Assembly (NCBI GenBank): GCA_016840405.1
Contig: JAEOSK010000003.1
Location: 32,001-96,000 of the forward strand
Direction: 5' to 3'
DNA from: Candidatus Hermodarchaeum yapensis
GTDB taxonomy: Archaea; Asgardarchaeota; Hermodarchaeia; Hermodarchaeales; Hermodarchaeaceae
Length of the DNA: 64,000 nt
Shown here: in pieces, positions 49,081-58,914 of the stretch
Layout: each line of letters begins with the position of its first letter
Position numbering within the stretch: position 1 is the first letter of the stretch
Program-made: the position numbers and the translations under genes
The notes under the pieces: model-generated
What the model was told of the DNA's origin: nothing
What the model saw: the letters and a program-made list of their open reading frames with translations, nothing else
Databases searched by the model: none

Positions 49081-50208
49081 CTAGGGGGGAAGACCATCAC
49101 GAATAACACGGATTGTGAATACGTTTGAAACCCAGAAGGCTCCTGCACTCCCGGTGAACCATGTTGGGTGAAGGGTCTGACTGGCATCATCATTACTGAA
49201 GCCACCATCGGGGGCGAGAAAGGCGATTTGAGGACCATTAGTCCAGCTCGGTGCCATGGTCCCATTGAAGATGTAGGCTAAGATGAGATCGCCTTGGATT
49301 GAGTGCATCGAAGTGTTAGGATAGAGGTTGTCATAGGCAAAGGATTGCGTGTAGCCATCATTGGCACTAACATTGACAATGTCATTGCTATCAATTGTGG
49401 TAACTAATTCTATCAAGGCAGACAGTAGAACCCCTGTGTAGGTTCCATTACCTCGCCAATTGTCAAACCGATTCTGGTAAGCGGTATAGGCTCCGAGGTT
49501 GTTCATCATTGCTAGATCCATGAGATAGACGTCCTGTTCATCTTCTCCGTCAATGACTGATACGTGGAATCGGCTGTCGATGTAGGCATCTTGAAGGACT
49601 TCGATGGCTGCCACGTTGCGAACCCAGCGTGCACCTGCGCTACCGAAAAACCAAGCGGGGTGAGTGGTTTGGTTTGCGTCATCGACGCTATATGCATTAT
49701 CAGGTGGGAGAAAGACTATGCGGGGTCCATCTGCCCAGGCTTCAATGTGCGGACCGGGGGTTGTGTAATTGTAGGAATACGCAAGAATGAGGTTACCCTG
49801 AAGCGGTGCATATGAGGCGTTGGGATAGACGTTGGGGTATGAGTAGTATTGTGTATATCCATCTGAAGCATTGACTTTGATAACATCATTTGCACCCATT
49901 CCCCCGACGAGTTCAATGAGGGTTGCTAGGGAAACACCAATATAGACTCCATTATCCCGCCAGTTCTCGAAACGATTCTGGGCGGTTGAAGTTCCGGATG
50001 ATTCGCCTGTTGTCAAGGGCGCTAAATCAGAGAGGGTGAGATTTTCTACTGTGCTGCCCTTTATCACTTGGATGTTAACTTCGCCCTGAATGGGTGTGGG
50101 CATGAGGCCAGGTAAGAAGTTGATGGCTGCGAGTGTGCCCGTGGAGATGATTATGGCTGCCATGACAATGGTAAGCCCGATTTTCATGTTGTTTGAAGTG
50201 TTTGGCAT
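49081..50208 (-). CDS. Membrane-anchored extracellular protein with two tandem molybdopterin-binding-fold repeats
   Basis: N-terminal TM. Repeat pattern QNRF.NWR.NG.Y.GV.L..LIELV...A.DGYTQ...LILAY...GP.I.FL...GSAGA.WV.NV. Many NxS/T sequons. Confidence 0.8.
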   Translation of the reverse strand: MPNTSNNMKIGLTIVMAAIIISTGTLAAINFLPGLMPTPIQGEVNIQVIKGSTVENLTLSDLAPLTTGESSGTSTAQNRFENWRDNGVYIGVSLATLIELVGGMGANDVIKVNASDGYTQYYSYPNVYPNASYAPLQGNLILAYSYNYTTPGPHIEAWADGPRIVFLPPDNAYSVDDANQTTHPAWFFGSAGARWVRNVAAIEVLQDAYIDSRFHVSVIDGEDEQDVYLMDLAMMNNLGAYTAYQNRFDNWRGNGTYTGVLLSALIELVTTIDSNDIVNVSANDGYTQSFAYDNLYPNTSMHSIQGDLILAYIFNGTMAPSWTNGPQIAFLAPDGGFSNDDASQTLHPTWFTGSAGAFWVSNVFTIRVIRDGLPP

Positions 50209-50242
50209 TCCGGTTCAAACTCTATCATGATGGCAATAATAA

Positions 50243-50264
50243 GATATGCACAACCGTGCATATC
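50243..50264. promoter_or_regulatory. Palindromic operator candidate of the ECF operon
   Basis: Perfect GATATGCAC-AACC-GTGCATATC, downstream of a minus-strand CTTAATAA box near 50290. Confidence 0.65.
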
Positions 50265-50364
50265 ACACCTTAGGCTTCAGAAACCTGTTATTAAGCCTTG
50301 CGCTTACTTAGTGTAAATTTAAGAAAATGGAGAAAGGACACCGATTTGAAGAAAGATAAGCTTC

Positions 50365-51405
50365 CTATCTTCTTCGGTGCCAGAGCTCTTCGCGGCGCTT
50401 CTTATCTAAGTTTGGTATATCATGCCAGAAGATTGATTTGCTCTTGATAGGTGCTACCTGTTTGAGCTTGAAAACAAACATAGCCACGATATTGATGAAC
50501 AAAATGTTCAAGATTACTAAGAGGAAACTGAGCCCAGAGATAACCATGTGTAAATTGTAGGCTGTAGAATTACCCATACCTAGCATCAAGAACGCGAATA
50601 CGAAGTTCATACCAGCGTTAACAGCTGGTGGCATTAATGAGGCGGCTATGGCAACACCAACGAGACTACTCAAGTCGCCCCTGGTGGCTGCTAGGGCCAC
50701 TCCCGCACCTGAGGCAGCTGCAACGGCCATTCCGAGGATTAGCACCCATAGTATAGCACGAGAGGCCATTTCAGGAGTGGGCCATGCCCATTCAGGTGGC
50801 CAAGAAGGTAGAAAGGTTAGAAACATTAGAATTGCGCCCATTATGACCCCCATTAGGATGGCAATTGCTAATCCAAATGCTTCATTTTTGATTCCTGTTT
50901 CTATGAGTCGGCGATCTTTAATAATGACACCGAAGCTTAATCCTAAGATTGGACCCATCAGTGGAGCAAGAAGCATGCTGGCTACTATGATTATCGAGCT
51001 ATTGGTTGCTAGCCCTATGGCTGCAATGATACAGGAGACGAGTAGAAGTGCTAGAAAGTCGAATGAAAGACGGGTGCCAGCGGCGATTTTACTATAGATT
51101 TCTTCAACGGAAAGACGTTCGGTTGGAGTGATAGTGGCTGCTTCTTCAGTCATTGGTTTGCTAGCTTCAACAGGGAGAACGTCAATGATCCCGAAGTGCA
51201 CTCCAACGCCAATGGATTCAAGGTCTGCCAGGATTTTTGAACTTCTCGCCGGTGAGACACGGAAAATGAGCATGAAGCCAGGGGCAGTATGAATCTTGGC
51301 TATATTACGGATTTGTGCTTTTTCTTCGAGAAATTCCATGACCTGTCCAACTTTTTCTTCGGGGATTGTTATCTGGAATTGACGCATATTGAATCCCTCG
51401 CTCAT
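50365..51405 (-). CDS. TIGR00341/DUF389 membrane protein
   Basis: IAAIGL..NS, ASMLLAPLMGPI, LVGVAIAASLMPP. Confidence 0.92.
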   Translation of the reverse strand: MSEGFNMRQFQITIPEEKVGQVMEFLEEKAQIRNIAKIHTAPGFMLIFRVSPARSSKILADLESIGVGVHFGIIDVLPVEASKPMTEEAATITPTERLSVEEIYSKIAAGTRLSFDFLALLLVSCIIAAIGLATNSSIIIVASMLLAPLMGPILGLSFGVIIKDRRLIETGIKNEAFGLAIAILMGVIMGAILMFLTFLPSWPPEWAWPTPEMASRAILWVLILGMAVAAASGAGVALAATRGDLSSLVGVAIAASLMPPAVNAGMNFVFAFLMLGMGNSTAYNLHMVISGLSFLLVILNILFINIVAMFVFKLKQVAPIKSKSIFWHDIPNLDKKRREELWHRRR

Positions 51406-51578
51406 ATTCGAGTGAATACCCCCCTAATGTTATCTATCTATAAGGATTACGTTTTTAACTAAAACATCGAACCTGTAGGGCGAAATTCGGAACGGCAGAA
51501 CGCTTAATTAGCTGTAAAACTGTATTGCGTCGTATTACCCCAAACCCGCAGTCAATCTGCTACGTTGGTGTAACAGCC

Positions 51579-53288
51579 GTGACAAAACGAAACAAACTCA
51601 TCAAAAACGGATTCGTCGTTGATCCACAACAAAAAATCCATGAAATCAAGGATATCGCCATACAAGATGGAAAAATTGTCGAATCCGTTGATCCTGAATC
51701 GGCAGAAGTTATTGATGCTGAAGGTCGGATGGTGGTTGCCGGGGGTGTAGAAATCCATGCTCATCTCGCAACACCTAAAGTTGATTCTGGTCGAGTTCTT
51801 CGTTGTGACCAATCGCGAATGGACCCTTACACTTACTCAGATATCTGTCGAGCTGGCGTCTGGGCTAGCGTTCCACCAACTTTTATGACTGGTTACAAGT
51901 ACTCTCAGATGGGATACACCTTTGTTACCGAAGCAGCTTCTGCAGGACTGGTTGCCCGACATACACACGAGGAACTCGGTGAAATCCAACCTCATGATAA
52001 AATCATGTTCCCACTTTTTGGCAACTATCAACTCGTCATGGATTATGCTCGCGAAAAAGCGTATGACAAACTAGCAGCATTTGTCGCTTGGATGCTCGCA
52101 GCAACCAAGGGATGGGCGATAAAGGCCGTTAATCCCACTGGCGTTTGTGACTGGAGTTGGGGAGGTAACGTTGAATCGTTAGATGAGCAAATTGCGTGTT
52201 TTGATGTTACAGCCCGAGATGCTGTTACAGCGTTGTTAGAGGGTGCAGAAAGACTAGCTCTTCCGCATTCCCTCCATCTCCATGCGAATATGTTGGGTCG
52301 ACCGGGGAATACGGATATCACCATTGAAACTATGGAGCTGGCTAGTAACCGACCGGCAACCAAGCGATCATCAGGTTACAACTTGCACATGACACATATT
52401 CAGTTCCATTCATATGGTGGTGATAGTTACGTCACTTTCCAGTCAGGAGCTGAGCCCATTGCGAAATATCTCAAGGGACACAAAAACGTGAGTTGTGATT
52501 TAGGGCAGGTTATCTTTTCTGATACAACCACGATGACCGCTGATGGTCCTTGGGAGTGGATTCTTCGTGGGATTTCAGGAAGCCGATGGGTAAACGATGA
52601 TATCGAAGTTGAGTGTGGCGGCGGGGTTGTCCCCTATGTCTTTAAGAAAAGCTCACGAGTTAACGCGATTCAATGGGGCATTGGTCTTGAGATAGCTTTG
52701 ATGGTTAATGACCCGTGGCGAGTTATTCCCACTACGGATCACCCCAATGCAGGAACCTTCATCAATTATCCACTGATTGCAGCGTGGTTAATGAGTAAGA
52801 AAGCCCGTGAAATTGTTTTAGACGATATTCGCCGATCTGCTAAGAAACGAATGGACATTCCTGCCATCGATACTGAATGGTCCTTAGAAGAGTACATTAT
52901 TTCAACTCGAGCAGCACCAGCACGAATTCTTGGCTTGCCAGAGAAAGGACATCTAACTCCGGGTGCTGATGCAGATATTGCCATTTACAATCTTGACCCG
53001 AAGGAGGATTTTGCTAAGCATCCTGATAAGCTCATTCGTGGCCTATCAGGAGCATGGATGACAATAAAGGGTGGGCATGTTGTTCAGAAGAAAGGAGAAA
53101 TGGTCGCTATTCCGAAAGGTAGTACACATTGGATTGATGCAACTGTTGAACCCGAATTGGCGAAAGAAGTGGAGAAGGACATTCGTGAGAAATTCATGAG
53201 CTCCTATACTATTGCCTTTGAGAACTATCCTGTATCGAAGCGTTATCTTCACCGATCCGCGCCTATGAAACTGGAAGCTAGTTCATAA
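51579..53288 (+). CDS. fwdA: Formylmethanofuran dehydrogenase subunit A
   Basis: EIHAH, YSQMGYT, IKAVNP, HLHAN, HIQFHSY, TTDHPNAG. Start at GTG 51579 (GGTG RBS); the track ORF starts at 51525. Confidence 0.96.
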   Translation: MTKRNKLIKNGFVVDPQQKIHEIKDIAIQDGKIVESVDPESAEVIDAEGRMVVAGGVEIHAHLATPKVDSGRVLRCDQSRMDPYTYSDICRAGVWASVPPTFMTGYKYSQMGYTFVTEAASAGLVARHTHEELGEIQPHDKIMFPLFGNYQLVMDYAREKAYDKLAAFVAWMLAATKGWAIKAVNPTGVCDWSWGGNVESLDEQIACFDVTARDAVTALLEGAERLALPHSLHLHANMLGRPGNTDITIETMELASNRPATKRSSGYNLHMTHIQFHSYGGDSYVTFQSGAEPIAKYLKGHKNVSCDLGQVIFSDTTTMTADGPWEWILRGISGSRWVNDDIEVECGGGVVPYVFKKSSRVNAIQWGIGLEIALMVNDPWRVIPTTDHPNAGTFINYPLIAAWLMSKKAREIVLDDIRRSAKKRMDIPAIDTEWSLEEYIISTRAAPARILGLPEKGHLTPGADADIAIYNLDPKEDFAKHPDKLIRGLSGAWMTIKGGHVVQKKGEMVAIPKGSTHWIDATVEPELAKEVEKDIREKFMSSYTIAFENYPVSKRYLHRSAPMKLEASS

Positions 53289-53378
53289 GTCGTAAAACTA
53301 ATAACCCGCCAAACCGTGCTGTGTCTCGCTCCAGTAGAAAATGTCATTATTGGGAGGCTGGAGCGAGGGTGCAAAACA

Positions 53379-56300
53379 ATGCGAAAAGTTCGAGAGTTTA
53401 CACCAGCTGATGCAGAAGAGCTAGCTCAATGCATAAACGAAAGCGAAGGTGGTTGGCCAGGCGGACTCACACAGGGCGTACAACATACGGTTCAGCATGT
53501 CATGGAAGACTACGAACGAGAAGTAAAATTCAGCTGGCTCATCGCCGTTGATGAACATGATCAAGTTGCGGGAATATCGACTTTGCATCCTCATTACGAA
53601 GATCAAGAAGCCGCATACTTAGGTTTTCTAAATGTTGCTGATGCGTTTAGAAAGAAAGGGTTTGGCAAAGCCCTGCTCATTGAATCAGTAGAAAGAACAA
53701 GAGAATTAGGATACAAACGACTCTTTCTGGGCACTTGGGCAGGAAACCTAAACGCGGTTCCAGTGTATAAACGAACAGGATTCTTCTGGCGACCAGATAC
53801 TCAAGTTGAGATGGATAATTACATTCCAATGATACTCGAAATGCCCATTGCTCAATCCTTCTTTCAGAAGCATAACTGGTATGATAGTTATGTAAGGAGA
53901 ATCGAAATCGTTCCTGATGAAATGGAGTACCGGGGTCTTCATGTATATGAGTATCGTTGGCAAGAAGAGTCTGATTCTTTGCGTATAGTTATCGACCGAG
54001 AAAGTCGCGGACCCACCGTAATTGAATCTGATGAAGTGTTAGTTGAATGCTGGGTGGCTGATCCAGAACCAACCTTGGGCCTTCCCATTCCCGTTGAATG
54101 GACAATTCGTAATAAAGTTGCATCCAAATCACTCCAGTGTCAATTGAGAGCGAAGTTACCAAAAGGATTCCAGATGATTGAAGCACCTCCATCGAAAATT
54201 ACTGTCCAGCCTAACGACACTATAACGATCAAAGGCGTCATTCAGGGTAAAGTTACAGTAACCCCACCAATTGAGGAAAAGGCAGCTCTTTCAATAAAGT
54301 CCAAGCTGCAACTGGAAAAGATTCCAGTTGAATTAGAAACGGGTTTACGTGTAAAGCACCCCATTGAAATCTCAACAGTTCCTCCATCACTGTGGTGTCG
54401 ACCTGGAAACGAACTTAATCTCGATATTACCCTGAAGAGCAACCTCAAAATGCCTGCACAAGGAACTCTTCGTCTTCGCCTACCTCGAGGGCTCAAAGTA
54501 CCACAGAAACAGTTTGAGGTAAATTTCACACCTGAAGGATATTCAGGAATTAGCGTGAAGGCGTTGACCGATTCAGGCTTGAAGACTATTGCCTTGTCAA
54601 TCCGAATGCACTTAGATCTTCTGGTGGAGGGACAACAACTTCGCACGCGTACAGAAACTATCAATGTACACTGTTTGGACAAAGGAGGAGTGTTAGTTAC
54701 TTCTTTTGATGACAAACGACGATTACAAGTTCATACTGATACTCTGCACTTTACAATTAACCTGATGAAAGGAGCTCATATTGATCGCCTCAATAATAAG
54801 ATAACTCGACGAGAGCATCTGCGGTCACATTGCCGTGAGAGTATTGGCCCCCCATTTTGGCCATCGGAACAAATGCGGGCTCAATTCAATTATGAAATTG
54901 ACTACGAAAAAAATGGAACCACTAATATCCGGACGTGGATGGAAAGCCAACGATATCCCGGCGTAACGTTTACAAAAACATACAAAATATTTGGGAGTTC
55001 AGATATTCTTCGCATTGATTACCAGTTCGAAAACAAACATCCCACCAATACGTATGATTTCCGATTACAGGTATCAAGTTTACCTGGAGTTTGGGATCAT
55101 TTACACATACTCCCTTTGAAGAATGGACTTCTCCGAGCAGAATTTATTGAAGATGAGTTTTTTGCGAGTCCTCGAGAAGTGCCCAAGAAGCGTGAAGAGT
55201 GGGCTGAAACTTGGTATTGTGCGGAACGTCCGCATAAGGGTGAGATTACAGCAGTTCTCTGTCACCCAGCAATTTTCCATGAAGCACGAGGTGTCACGCT
55301 AATTGATTTTCTATTAAAGCCCCCGCCGCTTCCCCCTAATACACATGTAGATCTACCACCCTTTTACTTAGTGAGTGGGGTAGGTACCTGGCAACATGTA
55401 CGTCAGTTATGGTATCAATTCTACTCTCCTCATCCTGAAGCAAAAATGCCAGAGTTTCCAGTATTCGATTACTTAGATGTTCGATTAATAGATCACCCCC
55501 CGCTCTATGATGCACTACCTAAGATTATAGTTCCATTACAGGTGCAACATCTTGTGCATCGACCACTTCAAGGTAGACTAAGGTTATCAACATCCAAAGG
55601 TTGGAAAGTCACTCCACGAACAAAGAAGTTCAAAGACTTGACACGTGATAGCCCCCTTACGTTTCCCATCGAACTGTCTTCAACCTCTACGAAATTCGTT
55701 GAACCTGGAATCTTATCGATTCAAGTGAAGGTTGAAACACCTCTCACGGACTATCATTTCAGTCTGCCAATTATTCTACATCGAAAACCTGGTAGCGTCT
55801 CCATTTCAACAATTCAGGAACAGGACCACAAAATTACCATCATTGATAATGGAGCCTACCAACTCAAAGTTGCTCCCGATTTTGCCGGGAGTGTGATAGC
55901 CTTAATCAACAAGATAACAGGTACGAACTATCTAAAATCGAGCTTTCCAAAGGCAGGACCCATGGCATGGTTTAACCCCTGGTATGGCGGAATCCGGTTT
56001 GAACCTTTTTCACCAAAACAGCCTGGATGGTTCCCCACAAAGTTGGACCAAGAACCTTGGTCACTTGAAACAATCCAACGTCGTGAATGGGAAGGAGTTA
56101 GCATTAGTTCTACACCAGATAAGCAAGCCCCGAAACTGCGTGGTTACCAATTAGAATTGCAAGTGTTGACTCAGCCTTTCAGCAATATCTTTGCGCTAAT
56201 AGGGCGTGTCACTAATCTCACAAAAGCACTACGCATTATTCGTCATCGAATCAAAGTCGCGCTACCCCCAGAGGGATCTCCAACCGGGCTACGGACAGTC

Positions 56301-56609
56301 ATTCCTCGAGCAACAATGACTTACCACCGCCGTCAAGGAGAGTCTCATGCTTGGCCCACAACAACACAGTACTATTTTGGCGTGGAACATATGAAAGATG
56401 ATGCTACGCTGCTCTTCATTAAAAAACAGGGTCCGATGGGTGAGCTCTACGAGGGGATTCTTGGTCAAGACGTAATCCAAATTCTTAATGAAGATTATCT
56501 CCGAGTCTCCCCGGACAGTGCAAGTGAACAAACGAGTTTCCTAGTTATTTCTAAAGAGCCTTGGGAACAGGCAAAAGACTATGCAATTCTCTCAGAGCTT
56601 ACATTGTAG
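53379..56609 (+). CDS. Large GNAT-family N-acetyltransferase with beta-rich C-terminal domains
   Basis: LNVADAFRKKGFGKAL, TWAGNLNAVPVYKRTGF. ATG 53379 with GAGGGTG RBS. Confidence 0.85.
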   Translation: MRKVREFTPADAEELAQCINESEGGWPGGLTQGVQHTVQHVMEDYEREVKFSWLIAVDEHDQVAGISTLHPHYEDQEAAYLGFLNVADAFRKKGFGKALLIESVERTRELGYKRLFLGTWAGNLNAVPVYKRTGFFWRPDTQVEMDNYIPMILEMPIAQSFFQKHNWYDSYVRRIEIVPDEMEYRGLHVYEYRWQEESDSLRIVIDRESRGPTVIESDEVLVECWVADPEPTLGLPIPVEWTIRNKVASKSLQCQLRAKLPKGFQMIEAPPSKITVQPNDTITIKGVIQGKVTVTPPIEEKAALSIKSKLQLEKIPVELETGLRVKHPIEISTVPPSLWCRPGNELNLDITLKSNLKMPAQGTLRLRLPRGLKVPQKQFEVNFTPEGYSGISVKALTDSGLKTIALSIRMHLDLLVEGQQLRTRTETINVHCLDKGGVLVTSFDDKRRLQVHTDTLHFTINLMKGAHIDRLNNKITRREHLRSHCRESIGPPFWPSEQMRAQFNYEIDYEKNGTTNIRTWMESQRYPGVTFTKTYKIFGSSDILRIDYQFENKHPTNTYDFRLQVSSLPGVWDHLHILPLKNGLLRAEFIEDEFFASPREVPKKREEWAETWYCAERPHKGEITAVLCHPAIFHEARGVTLIDFLLKPPPLPPNTHVDLPPFYLVSGVGTWQHVRQLWYQFYSPHPEAKMPEFPVFDYLDVRLIDHPPLYDALPKIIVPLQVQHLVHRPLQGRLRLSTSKGWKVTPRTKKFKDLTRDSPLTFPIELSSTSTKFVEPGILSIQVKVETPLTDYHFSLPIILHRKPGSVSISTIQEQDHKITIIDNGAYQLKVAPDFAGSVIALINKITGTNYLKSSFPKAGPMAWFNPWYGGIRFEPFSPKQPGWFPTKLDQEPWSLETIQRREWEGVSISSTPDKQAPKLRGYQLELQVLTQPFSNIFALIGRVTNLTKALRIIRHRIKVALPPEGSPTGLRTVIPRATMTYHRRQGESHAWPTTTQYYFGVEHMKDDATLLFIKKQGPMGELYEGILGQDVIQILNEDYLRVSPDSASEQTSFLVISKEPWEQAKDYAILSELTL

Positions 56610-56639
56610 ATAACAATTGAAACCATACGAGGAGAATCC

Positions 56640-57512
56640 CTAGCCTTCATCCTGAGAATAGAAGGTGTACCACCGTTCAATGGAAAATTTGAGCCGGGGA
56701 TCCGCCTTCAAGTCATACGGTGGCGTGGGCGAAGAATCAACCGTCTGTAAAACCTTTTCAAGGGAAATCTCTTCACTTAGTTGAGCCTTAATCCAAGTTT
56801 CAAGCTTTTTGAAGTATGCCAGTTGAATTTGGATTTCTTCTTTCCCACATAAAGGTCCATGACCTGGGACAATGATTTCTACAGGCATTTTCAGGATTTC
56901 TTCAAATGCACGCATCCATTCCAGGGGATTATTCGTTTGATCACCAGCATAGGGATACTGTTGACAAAATACCAAGTCTCCGGCGAAGAGAACACGTTCC
57001 GTGTTCAGATACACGGTTGAGTGCCCAGCAGTATGACCACCCGTATGCTGAATGTGAACTTCGTTTTCCTTCCCAAGGGTCATGGAATCTTCAAACGTCT
57101 GAGTTGGCGTAATGATACGCAGATCTTTTAGTTGCTCTGCAAAGGCTGGGTCGTTCTGAACGTAATATTCCTTTAATTCTTGGATCCCTTCCGGTGACCA
57201 CCGATTATTGAGCAATTCAGGATATATCGCCGCCATCGCGGACGAAGCGATCAAAGTACAATCTTGAAAAACCTGAGTTCCGAAAACATGATCGGAGTGA
57301 TAATGGGTCAGTATGACATCCGTGATGGGTTCACCAACTTCTTTGTGAATAAGCTTACGAAATTTTTTAGCAAGTGGAGGAGTCATTCCTGTGTCAATTA
57401 CAATAACGCTTTTGGGTAGTTTGATACAGCCTACATTGCCATAAGTTGAGGCGTCAACTATCGCCCAAGTGGTTTCGCTAACTTGTTCGAGTTTCAATTT
57501 AGCTAACTCCAT
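56640..57512 (-). CDS. MBL-fold metallo-hydrolase
   Basis: IDTG, THYHSDH, GHT, AGDL, PGHG. Confidence 0.93.
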   Translation of the reverse strand: MELAKLKLEQVSETTWAIVDASTYGNVGCIKLPKSVIVIDTGMTPPLAKKFRKLIHKEVGEPITDVILTHYHSDHVFGTQVFQDCTLIASSAMAAIYPELLNNRWSPEGIQELKEYYVQNDPAFAEQLKDLRIITPTQTFEDSMTLGKENEVHIQHTGGHTAGHSTVYLNTERVLFAGDLVFCQQYPYAGDQTNNPLEWMRAFEEILKMPVEIIVPGHGPLCGKEEIQIQLAYFKKLETWIKAQLSEEISLEKVLQTVDSSPTPPYDLKADPRLKFSIERWYTFYSQDEG

Positions 57513-57639
57513 TCTTCAATAGATTCTGACAATTGACAAACCATATATGATATGTGCATATAGGTTTTCATAATCTAGTATTTGGGAAAGATGTTAAGAA
57601 GCATTGGTGTTCAATACTTGATGAATATTTGATAAGGAG

Positions 57640-58086
57640 ATGTCGGAAGTGTCCAGGGTAGAAAAGAAACGCCAGCCGTTCAAACTTCAAATAATGGACT
57701 TACTTATAGAGATAGGGCTCTCATCTGGTATCGCTGATGAAGTCGCCATTGAAGTTGTGAAAAACTCTGAAGAAGATACACCCATTGAAACAATTCGAAT
57801 TATGATTCTCAAAAGCCTTCGAAAATATGACGCGAAAGCTGCACAAAAACTCGCGCTGCGGTTTCAGTACATTGAGAAGCAATTAGAAGATGTTCGACGA
57901 AAAGCAGAACGAGGCGACGAAATCTACGATGAACAAGCAGTCGTCGAATTGTTGAACGCTGATGAAATAACTGCGGCTGAACTCTTCTTTATGGAAGGAC
58001 GTGCTGGACGAAGCTGGCAACGAAAAACAGACCATCGCGATGCTGGGTCCACTGAGTTAAGTCGCGAGGAATACTATGAAGATTAA
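57640..58086 (+). CDS. ATP-cone-like domain protein
   Basis: VEKKRQPF...GLS..IADEVA.EV...IR..IL..L resembles an ATP cone. Acidic C-terminus. AAGGAG RBS. Confidence 0.55.
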   Translation: MSEVSRVEKKRQPFKLQIMDLLIEIGLSSGIADEVAIEVVKNSEEDTPIETIRIMILKSLRKYDAKAAQKLALRFQYIEKQLEDVRRKAERGDEIYDEQAVVELLNADEITAAELFFMEGRAGRSWQRKTDHRDAGSTELSREEYYED

Positions 58087-58408
58087 GGAAATACCTTCGA
58101 ATGGAGAGCTATTTCCCACCATTGCTTTACCTGACGCGGACATCCCCACACCAAAGCTTCGACTCTTCATCACCATTATTGTCACAGTTACAATTTCTAC
58201 ACTCATTTTCATAGATCAAATTCTTGGATTATGGACCGGCGGTTTCTATTGGATTTTGTTTGTTCTAGGCATTCTATTGAGTTGCCTGATTATCGGACTC
58301 TTACTTGTAATAAATGAAAAACGCCGGAAAGGAGCTGAAGAAACGTGGTTAGAAAAATTTGGGAACGAGATTGGATGGCCCGTCACGATTCTATCCTTTA
58401 CTATATAG
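58076..58408 (+). CDS. Small two-TM membrane protein
   Basis: GAGG RBS, overlaps the upstream gene, two hydrophobic helices. Confidence 0.6.
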   Translation: MKIKEIPSNGELFPTIALPDADIPTPKLRLFITIIVTVTISTLIFIDQILGLWTGGFYWILFVLGILLSCLIIGLLLVINEKRRKGAEETWLEKFGNEIGWPVTILSFTI

Positions 58409-58527
58409 TTTCTGTTTCCACAAAGCCGCCCCTTCCTCCTTGGGTCAATTTTAGGGGCATGCTGGCTCGTTTTCTTGTGGCACCATAGGAAAAAACAAAA
58501 AGAAGCGCTAATGGCTAATTCTTAACC

Positions 58528-58914
58528 TCAACCTGCTTTGGTAAGCTTGGTGATTATTTCGAAAAGTGCACTAGCACGAACTGGTTTAACTTGGAACATA
58601 TCTGCCCCAGCTTCAAGAGCCGCTTCACGAACAGTCTCATCGGCACTAATGAAAACAATCTTACTTTTTCTGCTAATCTCGTGGATCATTTTCGTCGCGC
58701 TTATACCATCCATGCGTGGCATACGGTGGTCCATAATGATGATATCAGGTTTTGGATTCAGCTGAAGAAAAGTTTGAACTGCTTCATCTCCATCGAAAGC
58801 ACATCCGATGACCTTATGTCCTCTTAATTCGAAGAGAGCCTTGTAAACTCCATGAAGGTTCTCCTCATCATCAACTATGAAGATCGATGCCACGGATTGC
58901 ACTGTCCATCTCAC
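58528..58914 (-). CDS. Stand-alone response regulator receiver (CheY-like)
   Basis: IVDDE, PDIIIMDHRMP.MDG, FISA, KP. Confidence 0.93.
   Translation of the reverse strand: MRWTVQSVASIFIVDDEENLHGVYKALFELRGHKVIGCAFDGDEAVQTFLQLNPKPDIIIMDHRMPRMDGISATKMIHEISRKSKIVFISADETVREAALEAGADMFQVKPVRASALFEIITKLTKAG

Noticed and set aside
57541-57565. Second copy of the ECF palindrome (shares GTGCATAT)
   Set aside because: Only one half-site matches, the spacing differs, and it overlaps a TATA-like region.
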